Part shown: one piece after another, positions 30,801-41,634 of the stretch | Layout: each line of letters begins with the position of its first letter | How positions within the stretch are numbered: position 1 is the stretch's first letter | Assembly: GCF_003334305.1 (NCBI RefSeq) | Contig: NZ_QOWS01000028.1 | DNA from: Escherichia coli | GTDB taxonomy: Bacteria > Pseudomonadota > Gammaproteobacteria > Enterobacterales > Enterobacteriaceae | DNA: 49,610 nt | Strand: one strand, 5' to 3' | Notes under the pieces: generated by a model | The model's database searches: none | Seen by the model: the letters and a program-made list of their open reading frames with translations, nothing else | What the model was told of the DNA's origin: nothing | Program-made: the position numbers and the translations under genes

Positions 30801-32421
30801 CCTGAACTGCTACGCCAATGATGCCTATGCAGGCGGCACCAAGTGTTCTGCAGATCTGAAAAAATCGCTGGTCGATAACAACATGATCTACGGTGACGGT
30901 AGCAGCAAAGCGGGCATGATGAACCCGAGCTACCCGCTCAACTATATGGAAAAACCGCTGACACGCCTGATGCTGGGCCGTTCCTGGTGGGATCTGAACA
31001 TCAAAGTTGATGTCGAGAAGTATCCGGGAGCAGTATCGGAAGAGGGACAGAACGTTACTGAAACCATCAGCCTGTACTCGAATCCGACCAAATGGTTTGC
31101 AGGTAACATGCAGTCAACTGGCCTGTGGGCACCGGCTCAGAAAGAGGTCACCATTAAGTCCAATGCGAACGTTCCTGTGACCGTCACCGTGGCGCTGGCT
31201 GACGACCTGACCGGAAGAGAGAAGCATGAAGTTGCGCTGAACCGTCCGCCAAGAGTGACTAAAACGTACTCTCTGGACGCTAGCGGTACGGTGAAGTTCA
31301 AGGTGCCTTACGGTGGCCTGATTTATATCAAGGGCAATAGCTCTACCAATGAATCTGCCAGCTTCACCTTTACTGGTGTGGTAAAAGCACCGTTCTATAA
31401 AGACGGCGCATGGAAAAACGATCTGAACTCACCGGCTCCGCTGGGTGAGCTGGAATCAGACGCTTTCGTTTATACCGCACCGAAGAAGAACCTGAATGCC
31501 AGCAATTACACTGGCGGACTGAAGCAATTCGCTAACGATCTGGACACCTTTGCCAGCTCGATGAATGACTTCTACGGTCGTGATGAAACGAGCGGTAAGC
31601 ACCGGATGTTTACCTATAAAGCATTGACGGGACATAAACATCGTTTCACAAACGATGTGCAGATCTCCATCGGTGATGCGCACTCGGGTTATCCGGTAAT
31701 GAACAGCAGCTTCTCGACGAACAGCACCACGCTGCCGACGATGCCGCTGAACGACTGGTTGATCTGGCACGAAGTAGGGCACAACGCCGCAGAAACGCCG
31801 CTGACTGTACCGGGTGCAACTGAAGTCGCTAACAACGTGCTGGCGCTGTACATGCAGGATCGTTATCTCGGCAAGATGAACCGTGTCGCTGACGATATTA
31901 CCGTTGCGCCGGAATATCTGGAGGAGAGCAACGGTCAGGCATGGGCACGCGGCGGTGCGGGTGACCGTCTGCTGATGTACGCGCAGCTGAAGGAATGGGC
32001 AGAGAAAAACTTTGATATCAAGAAATGGTATCCAGAAGGTGAATTGCCTAAGTTCTTCAGCGATCGTGAAGGGATGAAAGGCTGGAACCTGTTCCAGTTG
32101 ATGCACCGTAAAGCGCGCGGCGATGACGTTGGTGACAAGACCTTTGGTGGCAAGAATTACTGTGCTGAATCCAACGGTAACGCTGCTGACACGCTGATGC
32201 TGTGTGCATCCTGGGTCGCTCAGACGGATCTTTCGGAGTTCTTTAAGAAATGGAATCCGGGCGCGAATGCTTACCAGTTGCCGGGAGCGACGGAGATGAG
32301 CTTCGAAGGCGGTGTGAGCCAGTCGGCGTACAACACGCTGGCGTCACTCAATCTGCCGAAACCGAAGCAAGGGCCGGAAACCATTAACAAGGTTACCGAG
32401 TATTCGATGCCTGCTGAATAA
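27856..32421 (+). CDS. sslE: SslE/YghJ secreted lipoprotein, M60-like zinc metalloprotease (mucinase), about 1521 aa
   Basis: Lipobox LLAGC|DGGG, Pro-rich PEPTP linker, zincin motif HEVGH at nt 31768-31782; translation aligns with remembered YghJ. ATG at 27856 preferred over the TTG at 27838. Confidence 0.95.
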   Translation: MNKKFKYKKSLLAAILSATLLAGCDGGGSGSSSDTPPVDSGTGSLPEVKPDPTPNPEPTPEPTPDPEPTPEPTPDPEPTPEPEPEPVPTKTGYLTLGGSLRVTGDITCNDESSDGFTFTPGDKVTCVAGYNTTIATFDTQSEAARSLRAVEKVSFSLEDAQELAGSDNKKSNALSLVTSMNSCPANTEQVCLEFSSVIESKRFDSLYKQIDLAPEEFKKLVNEEVENNAATDKAPSTHTSPVVPATTPGTKPDLNASFVSANAEQFYQYQPTEIILSEGRLVDSQGDGVVGVNYYTNSGRGVTGENGEFSFSWGETISFGIDTFELGSVRGNKSTIALTELGDEVRGANIDQLIHRYSKAGQNHTRVVPDEVRKVFAEYPNVINEIINLSLSNGATLGEGEQVVNLPNEFIEQFKTGQAKEIDTAICAKTDGCNEARWFSLTTRNVNDGQIQGVINKLWGVDTNYKSVSKFHVFHDSTNFYGSTGNARGQAVVNISNAAFPILMARNDKNYWLAFGEKRAWDKNELAYITEAPSLVEPENVTRDTATFNLPFISLGQVGEGKLMVIGNPHYNSILRCPNGYSWNGGVNKDGQCTLNSDPDDMKNFMENVLRYLSDDKWTPDAKASMTVGTNLDTVYFKRHGQVTGNSAAFDFHPDFADISVEHLSSYGDLDPQEMPLLILNGFEYVTQVGNDPYAIPLRADTSKPKLTQQDVTDLIAYLNKGGSVLIMENVMSNLKEESASGFVRLLDAAGLSMALNKSVVNNDPQGYPNRVRQQRATGIWVYERYPAVDGALPYTIDSKTGEVKWKYQVENKPDDKPKLEVASWLEDVDGKQETRYAFIDEADHKTEDSLKAAKEKIFAAFPGLKECTNPAYHYEVNCLEYRPGTGVPVTGGMYVPQYTQLSLNADTAKAMVQAADLGTNIQRLYQHELYFRTNGRKGERLSSVDLERLYQNMSVWLWNDTSYRYEEGKNDELGFKTFTEFLNCYANDAYAGGTKCSADLKKSLVDNNMIYGDGSSKAGMMNPSYPLNYMEKPLTRLMLGRSWWDLNIKVDVEKYPGAVSEEGQNVTETISLYSNPTKWFAGNMQSTGLWAPAQKEVTIKSNANVPVTVTVALADDLTGREKHEVALNRPPRVTKTYSLDASGTVKFKVPYGGLIYIKGNSSTNESASFTFTGVVKAPFYKDGAWKNDLNSPAPLGELESDAFVYTAPKKNLNASNYTGGLKQFANDLDTFASSMNDFYGRDETSGKHRMFTYKALTGHKHRFTNDVQISIGDAHSGYPVMNSSFSTNSTTLPTMPLNDWLIWHEVGHNAAETPLTVPGATEVANNVLALYMQDRYLGKMNRVADDITVAPEYLEESNGQAWARGGAGDRLLMYAQLKEWAEKNFDIKKWYPEGELPKFFSDREGMKGWNLFQLMHRKARGDDVGDKTFGGKNYCAESNGNAADTLMLCASWVAQTDLSEFFKKWNPGANAYQLPGATEMSFEGGVSQSAYNTLASLNLPKPKQGPETINKVTEYSMPAE

Positions 32422-32422
32422 C

Positions 32423-32535
32423 CCGGATAAGGCGTTCACGCCGCATCCGGCATGAAATAAGGCGCACCGGGTTGCGCCAGCTTATCGGGCCTGGAGGAAA
32501 GCCATATGGCATACACCTGCAGGCCCGCATCCGGC
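32423..32535. repeat. REP/BIME palindromic units between sslE and pppA
   Basis: ccggataaggcgttcacgccgcatccgg and gcaggcccgcatccggca match the REP consensus; extragenic. Confidence 0.75.
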
Positions 32536-32560
32536 AAGTTACAACAAACAACCTTTAACC

Positions 32561-33370
32561 ATGCTTTTTGATGTTTTTCAGCAATACCCCGTGGCGATGC
32601 CCATACTGGCTACCGTCGGAGGATTGATCATCGGCAGTTTTTTGAATGTGGTGATTTGGCGTTACCCCATCATGCTGCGCCAACAAATTGCGGAGTTTCA
32701 TGGTGAAATGCCGAGTGCGCAGTCAAAAATAAGCCTTGCGCTACCGCGTTCGCACTGCCCACATTGTCAGCAGACTATCCGCGTTCGTGACAATATTCCG
32801 CTGCTCTCCTGGTTGATGCTCAAAGGGCGCTGCCGCGACTGTCAGGCGAAAATCAGCAAGCGTTATCCGCTGGTGGAGTTATTGACGGCACTCGCTTTTT
32901 TGCTGGCGAGTCTGGTCTGGCCGGAAAGTGGATGGGCGCTGGCGGTGATGATATTATCCGCCTGGCTGATTGCCGCGAGCATCATCGACCTCGATCACCA
33001 ATGGCTGCCCGATGTTTTTACTCAGGGCGTATTGTGGACGGGACTAATTGCGGCATGGGCGCAGCAGAGCCCGCTCACGCTACAAGATGCAGTCACCGGC
33101 GTCCTGGTGGGGTTTATCACTTTTTACTCTCTGCGCTGGATAGCCGGAATAGTTCTGCGTAAAGAAGCATTAGGCATGGGCGATGTATTATTGTTCGCTG
33201 CGTTAGGTAGTTGGGTGGGGCCGTTGTCGCTACCCAATGTTGCTTTAATCGCCTCATGCTGCGGCCTGATATATGCCGTTATTACAAAAAGAGGATCAAC
33301 CACACTGCCTTTTGGACCGTGTTTAAGTCTGGGCGGTATAGCAACAATTTATCTACAGGCATTGTTTTAA
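32561..33370 (+). CDS. pppA: Prepilin peptidase (GspO-type) PppA (269 aa)
   Basis: Polytopic; tetracysteine CPHC...CRDC zinc motif typical of type IV prepilin peptidases; matches remembered PppA. Confidence 0.93.
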   Translation: MLFDVFQQYPVAMPILATVGGLIIGSFLNVVIWRYPIMLRQQIAEFHGEMPSAQSKISLALPRSHCPHCQQTIRVRDNIPLLSWLMLKGRCRDCQAKISKRYPLVELLTALAFLLASLVWPESGWALAVMILSAWLIAASIIDLDHQWLPDVFTQGVLWTGLIAAWAQQSPLTLQDAVTGVLVGFITFYSLRWIAGIVLRKEALGMGDVLLFAALGSWVGPLSLPNVALIASCCGLIYAVITKRGSTTLPFGPCLSLGGIATIYLQALF

Positions 33371-33435
33371 TGATAACAACGTCATTATCAAAGTGACATT
33401 TTAACTCTTATTAATAACCTTAGAGATTATTTACC

Positions 33436-33846
33436 ATGTCGATAAAACAAATGCCAGGGAGGGTATTAATATCGCTATTGTTGAGCGTTACAGGATTATT
33501 AAGTGGCTGTGCCAGCCATAATGAAAATGCCAGTTTACTGGCGAAAAAACAGGCGCAAAATATCAGCCAAAACCTGCCGATTAAATCTGCGGGATATACC
33601 TTAGTGCTGGCACAAAGTAGCGGCACGACGGTAAAAATGACCATTATCAGCGAAGCGGGGACTCAGACCACGCAGACGCCTGACGCCTTTTTAACCAGCT
33701 ATCAACGACAAATGTGCGCTGACCCAACGGTGAAATTAATGATTACCGAGGGAATTAATTACAGCATAACGATTAATGATACACGTACAGGTAACCAGTA
33801 TCAGCGGAAACTGGATCGTACCACCTGTGGAATAGTCAAAGCATAA
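33436..33846 (+). CDS. yghG: YghG lipoprotein, T2SS-beta pilotin (GspS-beta), 136 aa
   Basis: Lipobox LLSGC|ASH; position between pppA and gspC as in the K-12 yghG locus. Confidence 0.8.
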   Translation: MSIKQMPGRVLISLLLSVTGLLSGCASHNENASLLAKKQAQNISQNLPIKSAGYTLVLAQSSGTTVKMTIISEAGTQTTQTPDAFLTSYQRQMCADPTVKLMITEGINYSITINDTRTGNQYQRKLDRTTCGIVKA

Positions 33847-33863
33847 CGTCGGGTAGATATAAA

Positions 33864-34823
33864 TTGGCGCGGGTTGTTTTTCGTGACGCACGAATTTATC
33901 TCATTCAATGGCTGACAAAAATTCGTCACACTCTTAACCAGAGACAATCTTTTAATACAGACAAAGAGCATCTGCGAAAAATTGTACGCGGGATGTTCTG
34001 GCTGATGCTGCTTATTATTTCTGCAAAAGTGGCGCATTCACTCTGGCGCTATTTCTCCTTTTCTGCGGAATATACGGCTGTTTCCCCATCGGCGAATAAA
34101 CCGCCCCGTGCGGATGCAAAAACGTTCGATAAAAATGACGTGCAATTAATCAGCCAGCAAAACTGGTTTGGCAAATATCAGCCCGTCGCCACGCCGGTAA
34201 AACAACCCGAACCTGTGCCTGTGGCAGAAACGCGTCTTAATGTGGTGCTGCGCGGGATTGCCTTTGGTGCCAGACCCGGCGCGGTTATTGAAGAAGGCGG
34301 TAAACAGCAGGTCTATTTGCAGGGTGAAACGCTTGGCTCGCACAATGCGGTGATTGAGGAAATCAATCGCGACCATGTGATGCTGCGCTATCAGGGAAAA
34401 ATAGAGCGCCTGAGCCTGGCTGAAGAGGAGCGTTCCACTGTTGCCGTGACCAACAAAAAAGCTGTCAGTGACGAAGCAAAGCAAGCTGTTGCTGAGCCTG
34501 CTGCCAGTGCGCCAGTTGAGATCCCGACTGCCGTGCGTCAGGCACTGGCGAAAGATCCGCAGAAAATTTTTAACTATATCCAGCTTACGCCTGTGCGTAA
34601 GGAGGGGATTGTCGGTTATGCAGTGAAGCCGGGGGCAGATCGTTCTCTGTTCGATGCCAGCGGTTTCAAGGAAGGCGATATCGCCATTGCGCTAAATCAG
34701 CAGGATTTCACTGATCCACGAGCAATGATTGCTCTGATGCGGCAGTTACCTTCAATGGATTCCATTCAACTTACGGTTTTACGCAAGGGTGCGCGCCACG
34801 ACATTTCCATCGCGCTGCGCTAA
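33864..34823 (+). CDS. gspC: T2SS inner-membrane protein GspC
   Basis: Single TM segment (MFWLMLLIISAKVAHSLW) followed by a periplasmic domain. 5' end uncertain: the ORF track begins at a TTG at 33864, and the first ATG (33993) seems too far in. Confidence 0.75.
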   Translation: MARVVFRDARIYLIQWLTKIRHTLNQRQSFNTDKEHLRKIVRGMFWLMLLIISAKVAHSLWRYFSFSAEYTAVSPSANKPPRADAKTFDKNDVQLISQQNWFGKYQPVATPVKQPEPVPVAETRLNVVLRGIAFGARPGAVIEEGGKQQVYLQGETLGSHNAVIEEINRDHVMLRYQGKIERLSLAEEERSTVAVTNKKAVSDEAKQAVAEPAASAPVEIPTAVRQALAKDPQKIFNYIQLTPVRKEGIVGYAVKPGADRSLFDASGFKEGDIAIALNQQDFTDPRAMIALMRQLPSMDSIQLTVLRKGARHDISIALR

Positions 34824-34852
34824 CCGCATTTAATCCAGGAGAATCATTCATC

Positions 34853-36913
34853 GTGTTTTGGCGTGATATTACGTTGTCGGTCTGGCGTAAGAAGACAACT
34901 GGCCTCAAAACAAAAAAGCGTTTACTGCCGCTGGTGCTGGCAGCGGCATTATGCAGTTCACCGGTCTGGGCGGAAGAAGCCACTTTCACCGCTAATTTTA
35001 AAGATACCGACCTGAAATCGTTCATCGAAACCGTCGGCGCTAACCTTAATAAAACCATCATTATGGGGCCGGGCGTACAGGGGAAAGTGAGTATTCGCAC
35101 CATGACCCCGCTCAATGAACGCCAGTATTACCAGCTATTCCTTAACCTGTTGGAAGCACAGGGGTATGCCGTCGTACCGATGGAAAACGACGTGCTGAAG
35201 GTGGTGAAATCCAGCGCTGCGAAAGTCGAGCCGCTGCCGCTGGTCGGTGAAGGCAGCGACAACTACGCGGGCGATGAAATGGTCACCAAAGTAGTGCCGG
35301 TACGTAATGTGTCGGTACGCGAGCTGGCACCGATTCTGCGCCAGATGATCGACAGCGCAGGCTCAGGCAACGTTGTTAATTACGATCCCTCCAACGTGAT
35401 TATGCTCACCGGACGCGCCTCCGTTGTGGAGCGCCTTACGGAAGTGATCCAGCGCGTGGATCACGCGGGTAATCGCACCGAAGAGGTGATCCCGCTGGAT
35501 AACGCCTCGGCTTCGGAAATCGCCCGCGTGCTGGAAAGCCTGACGAAAAACAGCGGCGAGAACCAGCCAGCGACGCTGAAATCTCAAATTGTCGCCGACG
35601 AACGCACCAACAGTGTGATTGTCAGTGGTGACCCGGCCACGCGGGACAAAATGCGCCGCCTGATCCGTCGGCTGGACTCAGAAATGGAACGCAGCGGCAA
35701 CAGCCAGGTTTTCTATCTCAAATACAGCAAAGCCGAAGATCTGGTCGATGTGCTGAAGCAGGTCAGCGGCACGCTCACGGCGGCTAAAGAAGAGGCGGAA
35801 GGCACGGTCGGTAGCGGGCGTGAGATTGTATCCATCGCCGCCAGCAAACACAGTAATGCCCTGATTGTAACCGCACCGCAGGACATCATGCAGTCGCTGC
35901 AAAGCGTGATTGAACAACTGGATATTCGCCGTGCTCAGGTGCACGTCGAGGCGTTGATCGTGGAAGTTGCCGAAGGTAGCAATATCAACTTCGGCGTGCA
36001 GTGGGCGTCGAAAGATGCCGGATTAATGCAGTTTGCTAATGGTACGCAGATCCCTATCGGTACGCTGGGGGCAGCCATTTCTCAGGCGAAACCGCAGAAA
36101 GGCTCGACGGTGATCAGTGAAAACGGCGCTACCACCATTAATCCGGATACCAACGGCGATCTCTCCACACTCGCCCAGCTTCTTTCTGGATTTAGCGGTA
36201 CGGCGGTTGGCGTGGTGAAAGGCGACTGGATGGCACTGGTGCAGGCGGTTAAAAACGACTCCAGCTCGAACGTTCTCTCCACGCCGAGCATCACTACGCT
36301 GGACAACCAGGAAGCCTTCTTCATGGTGGGCCAGGACGTTCCGGTATTAACCGGCTCTACCGTTGGCTCCAATAACAGCAATCCTTTCAATACAGTAGAA
36401 AGGAAAAAAGTCGGCATCATGCTGAAAGTCACGCCGCAGATTAACGAAGGTAACGCGGTACAGATGGTGATTGAGCAGGAAGTCTCGAAGGTGGAAGGAC
36501 AGACCAGCCTCGACGTGGTGTTTGGTGAGCGCAAACTGAAAACCACCGTGCTGGCTAACGATGGTGAGCTGATTGTGCTTGGTGGTCTGATGGACGATCA
36601 GGCGGGAGAAAGCGTGGCGAAAGTGCCGCTGCTGGGCGATATCCCATTGATTGGTAACCTGTTTAAATCGACGGCGGATAAAAAAGAAAAACGTAACCTG
36701 ATGGTGTTTATCCGTCCGACCATTCTGCGTGACGGTATGGCGGCAGACGGCGTGTCGCAGCGCAAATATAACTATATGCGCGCCGAACAGATCTATCGTG
36801 ATGAGCAAGGTTTAAGCCTGATGCCGCACACCGCGCAGCCGGTACTGCCAGCGCAAAATCAGGCTCTACCGCCGGAAGTTCGTGCGTTCCTTAATGCCGG
36901 GAGAACGCGTTAA
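34853..36913 (+). CDS. gspD: T2SS outer-membrane secretin GspD (686 aa)
   Basis: GTG start with aggag RBS; signal peptide; secretin C-domain motifs ([14 protein letters not shown]). Confidence 0.93.
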   Translation: MFWRDITLSVWRKKTTGLKTKKRLLPLVLAAALCSSPVWAEEATFTANFKDTDLKSFIETVGANLNKTIIMGPGVQGKVSIRTMTPLNERQYYQLFLNLLEAQGYAVVPMENDVLKVVKSSAAKVEPLPLVGEGSDNYAGDEMVTKVVPVRNVSVRELAPILRQMIDSAGSGNVVNYDPSNVIMLTGRASVVERLTEVIQRVDHAGNRTEEVIPLDNASASEIARVLESLTKNSGENQPATLKSQIVADERTNSVIVSGDPATRDKMRRLIRRLDSEMERSGNSQVFYLKYSKAEDLVDVLKQVSGTLTAAKEEAEGTVGSGREIVSIAASKHSNALIVTAPQDIMQSLQSVIEQLDIRRAQVHVEALIVEVAEGSNINFGVQWASKDAGLMQFANGTQIPIGTLGAAISQAKPQKGSTVISENGATTINPDTNGDLSTLAQLLSGFSGTAVGVVKGDWMALVQAVKNDSSSNVLSTPSITTLDNQEAFFMVGQDVPVLTGSTVGSNNSNPFNTVERKKVGIMLKVTPQINEGNAVQMVIEQEVSKVEGQTSLDVVFGERKLKTTVLANDGELIVLGGLMDDQAGESVAKVPLLGDIPLIGNLFKSTADKKEKRNLMVFIRPTILRDGMAADGVSQRKYNYMRAEQIYRDEQGLSLMPHTAQPVLPAQNQALPPEVRAFLNAGRTR

Positions 36914-38406
36914 TGGTGCCTGTAGCACAGGAAACCACCGCTAACACCGTGCGTCTGCCCTACAGTTTCAGCCGTCGGTTTAGCCTGGTGGCATGGTGCG
37001 AAGCGTCGCTGGAGATCCTCCATGTTCATCCGTTGTCGCTCTCTGTTTTGCAGGAGCTGCAGCGGGGGCTGAACGCGCCCTTTACGCTGCGGCAAATCGA
37101 CGAAGCCGAATTTGAACAGCGGCTGAATGCGGTCTGGCAGCGGGACTCTTCCGAGGCTCGCCAACTGATGGAAGATCTCGGTTCTGCCGAGGACTTTTTT
37201 ACCCTCGCGGAAGAACTGCCGGAAACGGAAGATCTGCTGGAAAGCGACGACGATGCGCCGATCATCAAACTGATCAACGCCATGCTGGCAGAGGCAATCA
37301 AAGAAGGCGCTTCGGATATCCACATTGAGACGTTTGAAAAGAGTCTGGTGATCCGTTTTCGTGTTGACGGCACATTACATGAAATGCTGCGTCCGGGGCG
37401 CAAACTGGCCTCGCTGCTGGTGTCGCGTATCAAGGTGATGGCGCGGCTGGACATTGCCGAAAAGCGCGTGCCGCAGGATGGACGTATTGCGCTGTTGCTG
37501 GGCGGCCGGGCGATTGACGTGCGTGTCTCCACCATGCCTTCTGCCTGGGGCGAGCGCGTGGTGCTGCGACTGCTGGACAAAAACCAGGCCCGCCTGACGC
37601 TGGAGCGTCTGGGGCTTAGCCAGCAACTGACAGTGCAGTTGCGCCAGCTGTTACACAAACCGCACGGCATCTTTCTGGTGACGGGACCGACGGGTTCCGG
37701 CAAAAGCACCACGCTGTACGCCGGATTGCAGGAGCTGAACAACCATTCGCGCAACATTCTCACGGTTGAAGACCCCATCGAATACATGATTGAAGGGATC
37801 GGTCAGACGCAGGTTAACACCCGCGTCGGCATGACCTTCGCCCGTGGCCTGCGCGCGATTTTGCGTCAGGACCCGGATGTGGTGATGGTCGGTGAAATCC
37901 GCGATACCGAAACCGCAGAAATCGCCGTCCAGGCTTCACTTACCGGACACCTGGTCCTTTCCACGCTGCATACCAACACAGCGGTGGGGGCGATCACACG
38001 TTTGCAGGATATGGGCGTGGAGCCTTTCCTGCTCTCTTCCAGTCTGACGGGCGTGATGGCGCAGCGACTGGTTCGCACGCTGTGTCCCGACTGCCGCCAG
38101 CCCGCACCAGCCACTGACGAAGAAAAACGCCTGCTGGGAATTACCGACGCCCGTACCGTCACTCTGTACCATCCACAGGGCTGTCCCGCCTGTAATCACA
38201 AAGGTTTTCGCGGACGGACTGCCATCCATGAGCTGATCGTGGTGGATGCCACATTGCGTGATTTGATCCACCGTCAGGCCGGGGAGCTGGAGCTGGAACG
38301 TTATGTCCGACAACACTCTGCGGGTATCCGCAGCAACGGCATTGAGAAAGTGCTCGCCGGAGAAACCTCTCTCGATGAAGTTCTGCGGGTAACCATGGAG
38401 GCGTAA
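36913..38406 (+). CDS. gspE: T2SS ATPase GspE (497 aa)
   Basis: Walker [10 protein letters not shown], tetracysteine CPDC...CPAC zinc motif; ATGA-coupled to gspD. Confidence 0.95.
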   Translation: MVPVAQETTANTVRLPYSFSRRFSLVAWCEASLEILHVHPLSLSVLQELQRGLNAPFTLRQIDEAEFEQRLNAVWQRDSSEARQLMEDLGSAEDFFTLAEELPETEDLLESDDDAPIIKLINAMLAEAIKEGASDIHIETFEKSLVIRFRVDGTLHEMLRPGRKLASLLVSRIKVMARLDIAEKRVPQDGRIALLLGGRAIDVRVSTMPSAWGERVVLRLLDKNQARLTLERLGLSQQLTVQLRQLLHKPHGIFLVTGPTGSGKSTTLYAGLQELNNHSRNILTVEDPIEYMIEGIGQTQVNTRVGMTFARGLRAILRQDPDVVMVGEIRDTETAEIAVQASLTGHLVLSTLHTNTAVGAITRLQDMGVEPFLLSSSLTGVMAQRLVRTLCPDCRQPAPATDEEKRLLGITDARTVTLYHPQGCPACNHKGFRGRTAIHELIVVDATLRDLIHRQAGELELERYVRQHSAGIRSNGIEKVLAGETSLDEVLRVTMEA

Positions 38407-39629
38407 TGGCACTGTTTTACTATCAGGCGCTGGAGCGTAATGGTCGCAAAACCAAAGGTATGATTGAGGCGGATTCCGCGCGTCATGCCCGCCAGTTGTT
38501 GCGCGGTAAAGAGCTTATCCCCGTGCATATTGAAGCCCGGATGAATACTTCGTCAGGGGGGATGTTGCAGCGTCGGCGGCACGCACATCGTCGCGTGGCG
38601 GCGGCAGATCTTGCGCTGTTCACGCGCCAACTGGCAACGCTGGTACAGGCAGCAATGCCGCTGGAAACCTGCTTACAGGCGGTCAGTGAGCAAAGTGAAA
38701 AACTGCATGTAAAAAGCCTCGGAATGGCGCTGCGCAGCCGGATTCAGGAAGGTTACACCCTGTCGGACAGCCTGCGCGAACATCCCCGCGTCTTTGATTC
38801 TCTGTTTTGTTCGATGGTTGCTGCCGGAGAAAAATCCGGGCATCTCGACGTGGTGCTTAATCGCCTGGCAGATTACACCGAACAGCGACAGCGCCTGAAA
38901 TCACGTCTATTGCAGGCCATGCTCTATCCGCTGGTTCTGCTGGTGGTGGCAACGGGCGTAGTCACTATTTTGCTGACGGCAGTGGTGCCGAAAATCATCG
39001 AACAGTTTGATCATCTCGGACACGCGCTACCCGCCTCAACCCGCACGCTTATTGCCATGAGCGACGCGTTACAGGCCAGCGGCGTTTACTGGCTGGCGGG
39101 ATTGCTGGCGCTTCTGGTGCTGGGGCAACGGCTACTTAAAAATCCTACTATGCGCCTGCGCTGGGATAAAACCGTGCTGCGTCTGCCCGTGACAGGGCGT
39201 GTTGCGCGCGGGCTGAATACGGCGCGTTTTTCCCGCACCTTAAGCATCCTCACCGCCAGCAGTGTTCCGCTACTGGAAGGTATTCAGACCGCTGCCGCTG
39301 TGTCGGCAAATCGCTATGTCGAACAACAACTACTGCTGGCGGCAGATCGCGTCCGCGAAGGAAGCAGTCTGCGCGCCGCGCTGGCGGAGTTGCGCCTGTT
39401 CCCCCCGATGATGCTGTACATGATCGCCTCCGGCGAACAGAGCGGCGAACTGGAAACCATGCTTGAGCAGGCCGCTGTTAACCAGGAACGGGAATTTGAT
39501 ACCCAGGTGGGGCTGGCGTTGGGGCTGTTTGAGCCTGCGCTGGTGGTGATGATGGCGGGCGTGGTGCTGTTTATTGTCATCGCCATCCTCGAGCCGATGC
39601 TGCAACTGAATAATATGGTTGGAATGTAA
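38406..39629 (+). CDS. gspF: T2SS inner-membrane platform protein GspF (407 aa)
   Basis: Two repeated GspF domains with TM segments; coupled to gspE. Confidence 0.93.
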   Translation: MALFYYQALERNGRKTKGMIEADSARHARQLLRGKELIPVHIEARMNTSSGGMLQRRRHAHRRVAAADLALFTRQLATLVQAAMPLETCLQAVSEQSEKLHVKSLGMALRSRIQEGYTLSDSLREHPRVFDSLFCSMVAAGEKSGHLDVVLNRLADYTEQRQRLKSRLLQAMLYPLVLLVVATGVVTILLTAVVPKIIEQFDHLGHALPASTRTLIAMSDALQASGVYWLAGLLALLVLGQRLLKNPTMRLRWDKTVLRLPVTGRVARGLNTARFSRTLSILTASSVPLLEGIQTAAAVSANRYVEQQLLLAADRVREGSSLRAALAELRLFPPMMLYMIASGEQSGELETMLEQAAVNQEREFDTQVGLALGLFEPALVVMMAGVVLFIVIAILEPMLQLNNMVGM

Positions 39630-39645
39630 TTTACGGAGTTATCAC

Positions 39646-40101
39646 ATGAATTCGTTATCCCGCACACAAAAACCACGGGCAGGTTTTACCCTGCTGGAAG
39701 TGATGGTGGTGATTGTTATTCTTGGCGTCCTGGCAAGTCTGGTGGTGCCTAACCTGTTGGGCAACAAAGAGAAAGCCGATCGGCAAAAAGCCATCAGCGA
39801 TATCGTGGCGCTGGAAAACGCACTGGATATGTACCGACTGGATAACGGGCGTTATCCGACCACAGAACAGGGGCTTGAGGCGCTGATCCAGCAGCCAGCC
39901 AATATGGCGGACTCCCGCAACTACCGTACTGGTGGATACATTAAACGACTGCCAAAGGATCCGTGGGGCAATGATTATCAGTATCTCAGTCCGGGTGAAA
40001 AAGGGCTGTTTGATGTTTATACCCTGGGGGCGGATGGTCAGGAAAACGGGGAAGGCGCTGGCGCAGATATCGGTAACTGGAATTTGCAGGAGTTTCAGTA
40101 A
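39646..40101 (+). CDS. gspG: Major pseudopilin GspG (151 aa)
   Basis: ORF trimmed to MNSLSRTQKPRAGFTLLEVMVVIVILG (prepilin cleavage motif G|FTLLE); ggag RBS upstream. Confidence 0.93.
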   Translation: MNSLSRTQKPRAGFTLLEVMVVIVILGVLASLVVPNLLGNKEKADRQKAISDIVALENALDMYRLDNGRYPTTEQGLEALIQQPANMADSRNYRTGGYIKRLPKDPWGNDYQYLSPGEKGLFDVYTLGADGQENGEGAGADIGNWNLQEFQ

Positions 40102-40104
40102 GCA

Positions 40105-40668
40105 GTGCCTGAACGCGGATTCACACTTCTGGAAATCATGTTGGTGATTTTCCTTATCGGCCTTGCCAGTTCGGGCGTGGTACAGACGTTTGCGACCGAT
40201 TCTGAACCGCCCGCGAAAAAAGCGGCACAGGATTTTCTGACTCGCTTTGCGCAGTTTAAGGACAGGGCAGTGATTGAAGGGCAGACACTCGGTGTGCTAA
40301 TCGACGCGCCTGGCTATCAGTTTATGCAGCGTCGTCAGGGGCAGTGGTTGCCCGTTTCCGCGACCCGGTTATCGGCACAGGTTACGGTGCCAAAACAGGT
40401 GCAGATGCTGTTACAACCCGGAAGTGATATCTGGCAGAAGGAGTATGCGCTGGAGCTGCAACGTCGTCGCCTGACGCTGCACGATATTGAACTGGAGCTG
40501 CAAAAAGAGGCGAAAAAGAAGACGCCGCAGATCCGTTTTTCGCCTTTTGAACCCGCCACGCCGTTTACGCTGCGCTTCTACTCGGCGGCGCAAAACGCAT
40601 GTTGGGCGGTAAAACTGGCGCACGATGGCGCGTTATCCCTCAATCAATGTGATGAGAGGATGCCATGA
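40105..40668 (+). CDS. gspH: Minor pseudopilin GspH
   Basis: GTG start; N-terminal RGFTLLEIMLVIFLIG prepilin motif. Confidence 0.88.
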   Translation: MPERGFTLLEIMLVIFLIGLASSGVVQTFATDSEPPAKKAAQDFLTRFAQFKDRAVIEGQTLGVLIDAPGYQFMQRRQGQWLPVSATRLSAQVTVPKQVQMLLQPGSDIWQKEYALELQRRRLTLHDIELELQKEAKKKTPQIRFSPFEPATPFTLRFYSAAQNACWAVKLAHDGALSLNQCDERMP

Positions 40669-41036
40669 AGCGCGGATTTACCTTGCTGGAAGTGATGCTC
40701 GCGCTGGCGATTTTTGCGCTGGCTGCCACGGCGGTGTTACAGATTGCCAGCGGTGCGCTGAGTAATCAGCAAATTCTTGAGGAAAAAACGGTAGCGGGCT
40801 GGGTGGCTGAAAACCAGACCGCGCTGCTCTACCTGATGACCCGCGAGCAGCGGGCGGTCAGGCAGCAGGGCGAGAGCGATATGGCAGGAAGCCGCTGGTA
40901 CTGGCGAACCACACCGCTGAGTACAGGCAACGCGCTGCTCCAGGCGGTGGATATTGAAGTCAGCCTTCACGAAGACTTTTCGTCGGTGATTCAGTCACGA
41001 CGCGCCTGGTTTAGCGCCGTGGGAGGCCAACAGTGA
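40665..41036 (+). CDS. gspI: Minor pseudopilin GspI
   Basis: MKRGFTLLEVMLALAIFALA prepilin motif; ATGA-coupled. Confidence 0.9.
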   Translation: MKRGFTLLEVMLALAIFALAATAVLQIASGALSNQQILEEKTVAGWVAENQTALLYLMTREQRAVRQQGESDMAGSRWYWRTTPLSTGNALLQAVDIEVSLHEDFSSVIQSRRAWFSAVGGQQ

Positions 41037-41632
41037 GAAGGACTCGCGCTGGTTTCACGTTACTGGAAATGTTGGTGGCAATTGCCATTTTTGCCTCGCT
41101 GGCACTGATGGCGCAGCAGGTGACTAACGGCGTCACGCGCGTGAATAGCGCCGTCGCCGGACACGATCAAAAACTAAACCTCATGCAGCAAACGATGAGT
41201 TTTCTGACCCACGATCTGACCCAAATGATGCCGCGTCCGGTAAGAGGCGATCAGGGCCAGCGTGAACCAGCGTTACTGGCTGGCGCTGGCGTGCTGGCGT
41301 CTGAGAGTGAAGGAATGCGTTTTGTGCGCGGCGGTGTGGTTAACCCGTTGATGCGTCTGCCGCGCAGTAATCTGCTCACCGTCGGTTACCGCATTCATGA
41401 CGGTTATCTCGAACGGTTAGCCTGGCCGCTGACCGATGCCGCAGGCAGCGTGAAGCCGACAATGCAAAAGTTGATTCCGGCCGATTCGCTCCGTTTGCAG
41501 TTCTACGACGGCACGCGCTGGCAGGAGAGCTGGTCGTCAGTACAGGCGATCCCTGTGGCGGTACGCATGACCCTGCATTCGCCGCAATGGGGCGAGATTG
41601 AACGCATCTGGTTGTTACGCGGGCCGCAATAA
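41033..41632 (+). CDS. gspJ: Minor pseudopilin GspJ
   Basis: RAGFTLLEMLVAIAIFASLA prepilin motif. Confidence 0.9.
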   Translation: MRRTRAGFTLLEMLVAIAIFASLALMAQQVTNGVTRVNSAVAGHDQKLNLMQQTMSFLTHDLTQMMPRPVRGDQGQREPALLAGAGVLASESEGMRFVRGGVVNPLMRLPRSNLLTVGYRIHDGYLERLAWPLTDAAGSVKPTMQKLIPADSLRLQFYDGTRWQESWSSVQAIPVAVRMTLHSPQWGEIERIWLLRGPQ

Positions 41633-41634
41633 TC

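Noticed and set aside
36082-37787. Minus-strand ORFs (154, 153, 253 aa) inside gspD and gspE
   Set aside because: Antisense to conserved secretin and ATPase genes; the Ser/Arg-rich composition is typical of reverse-frame artefacts.
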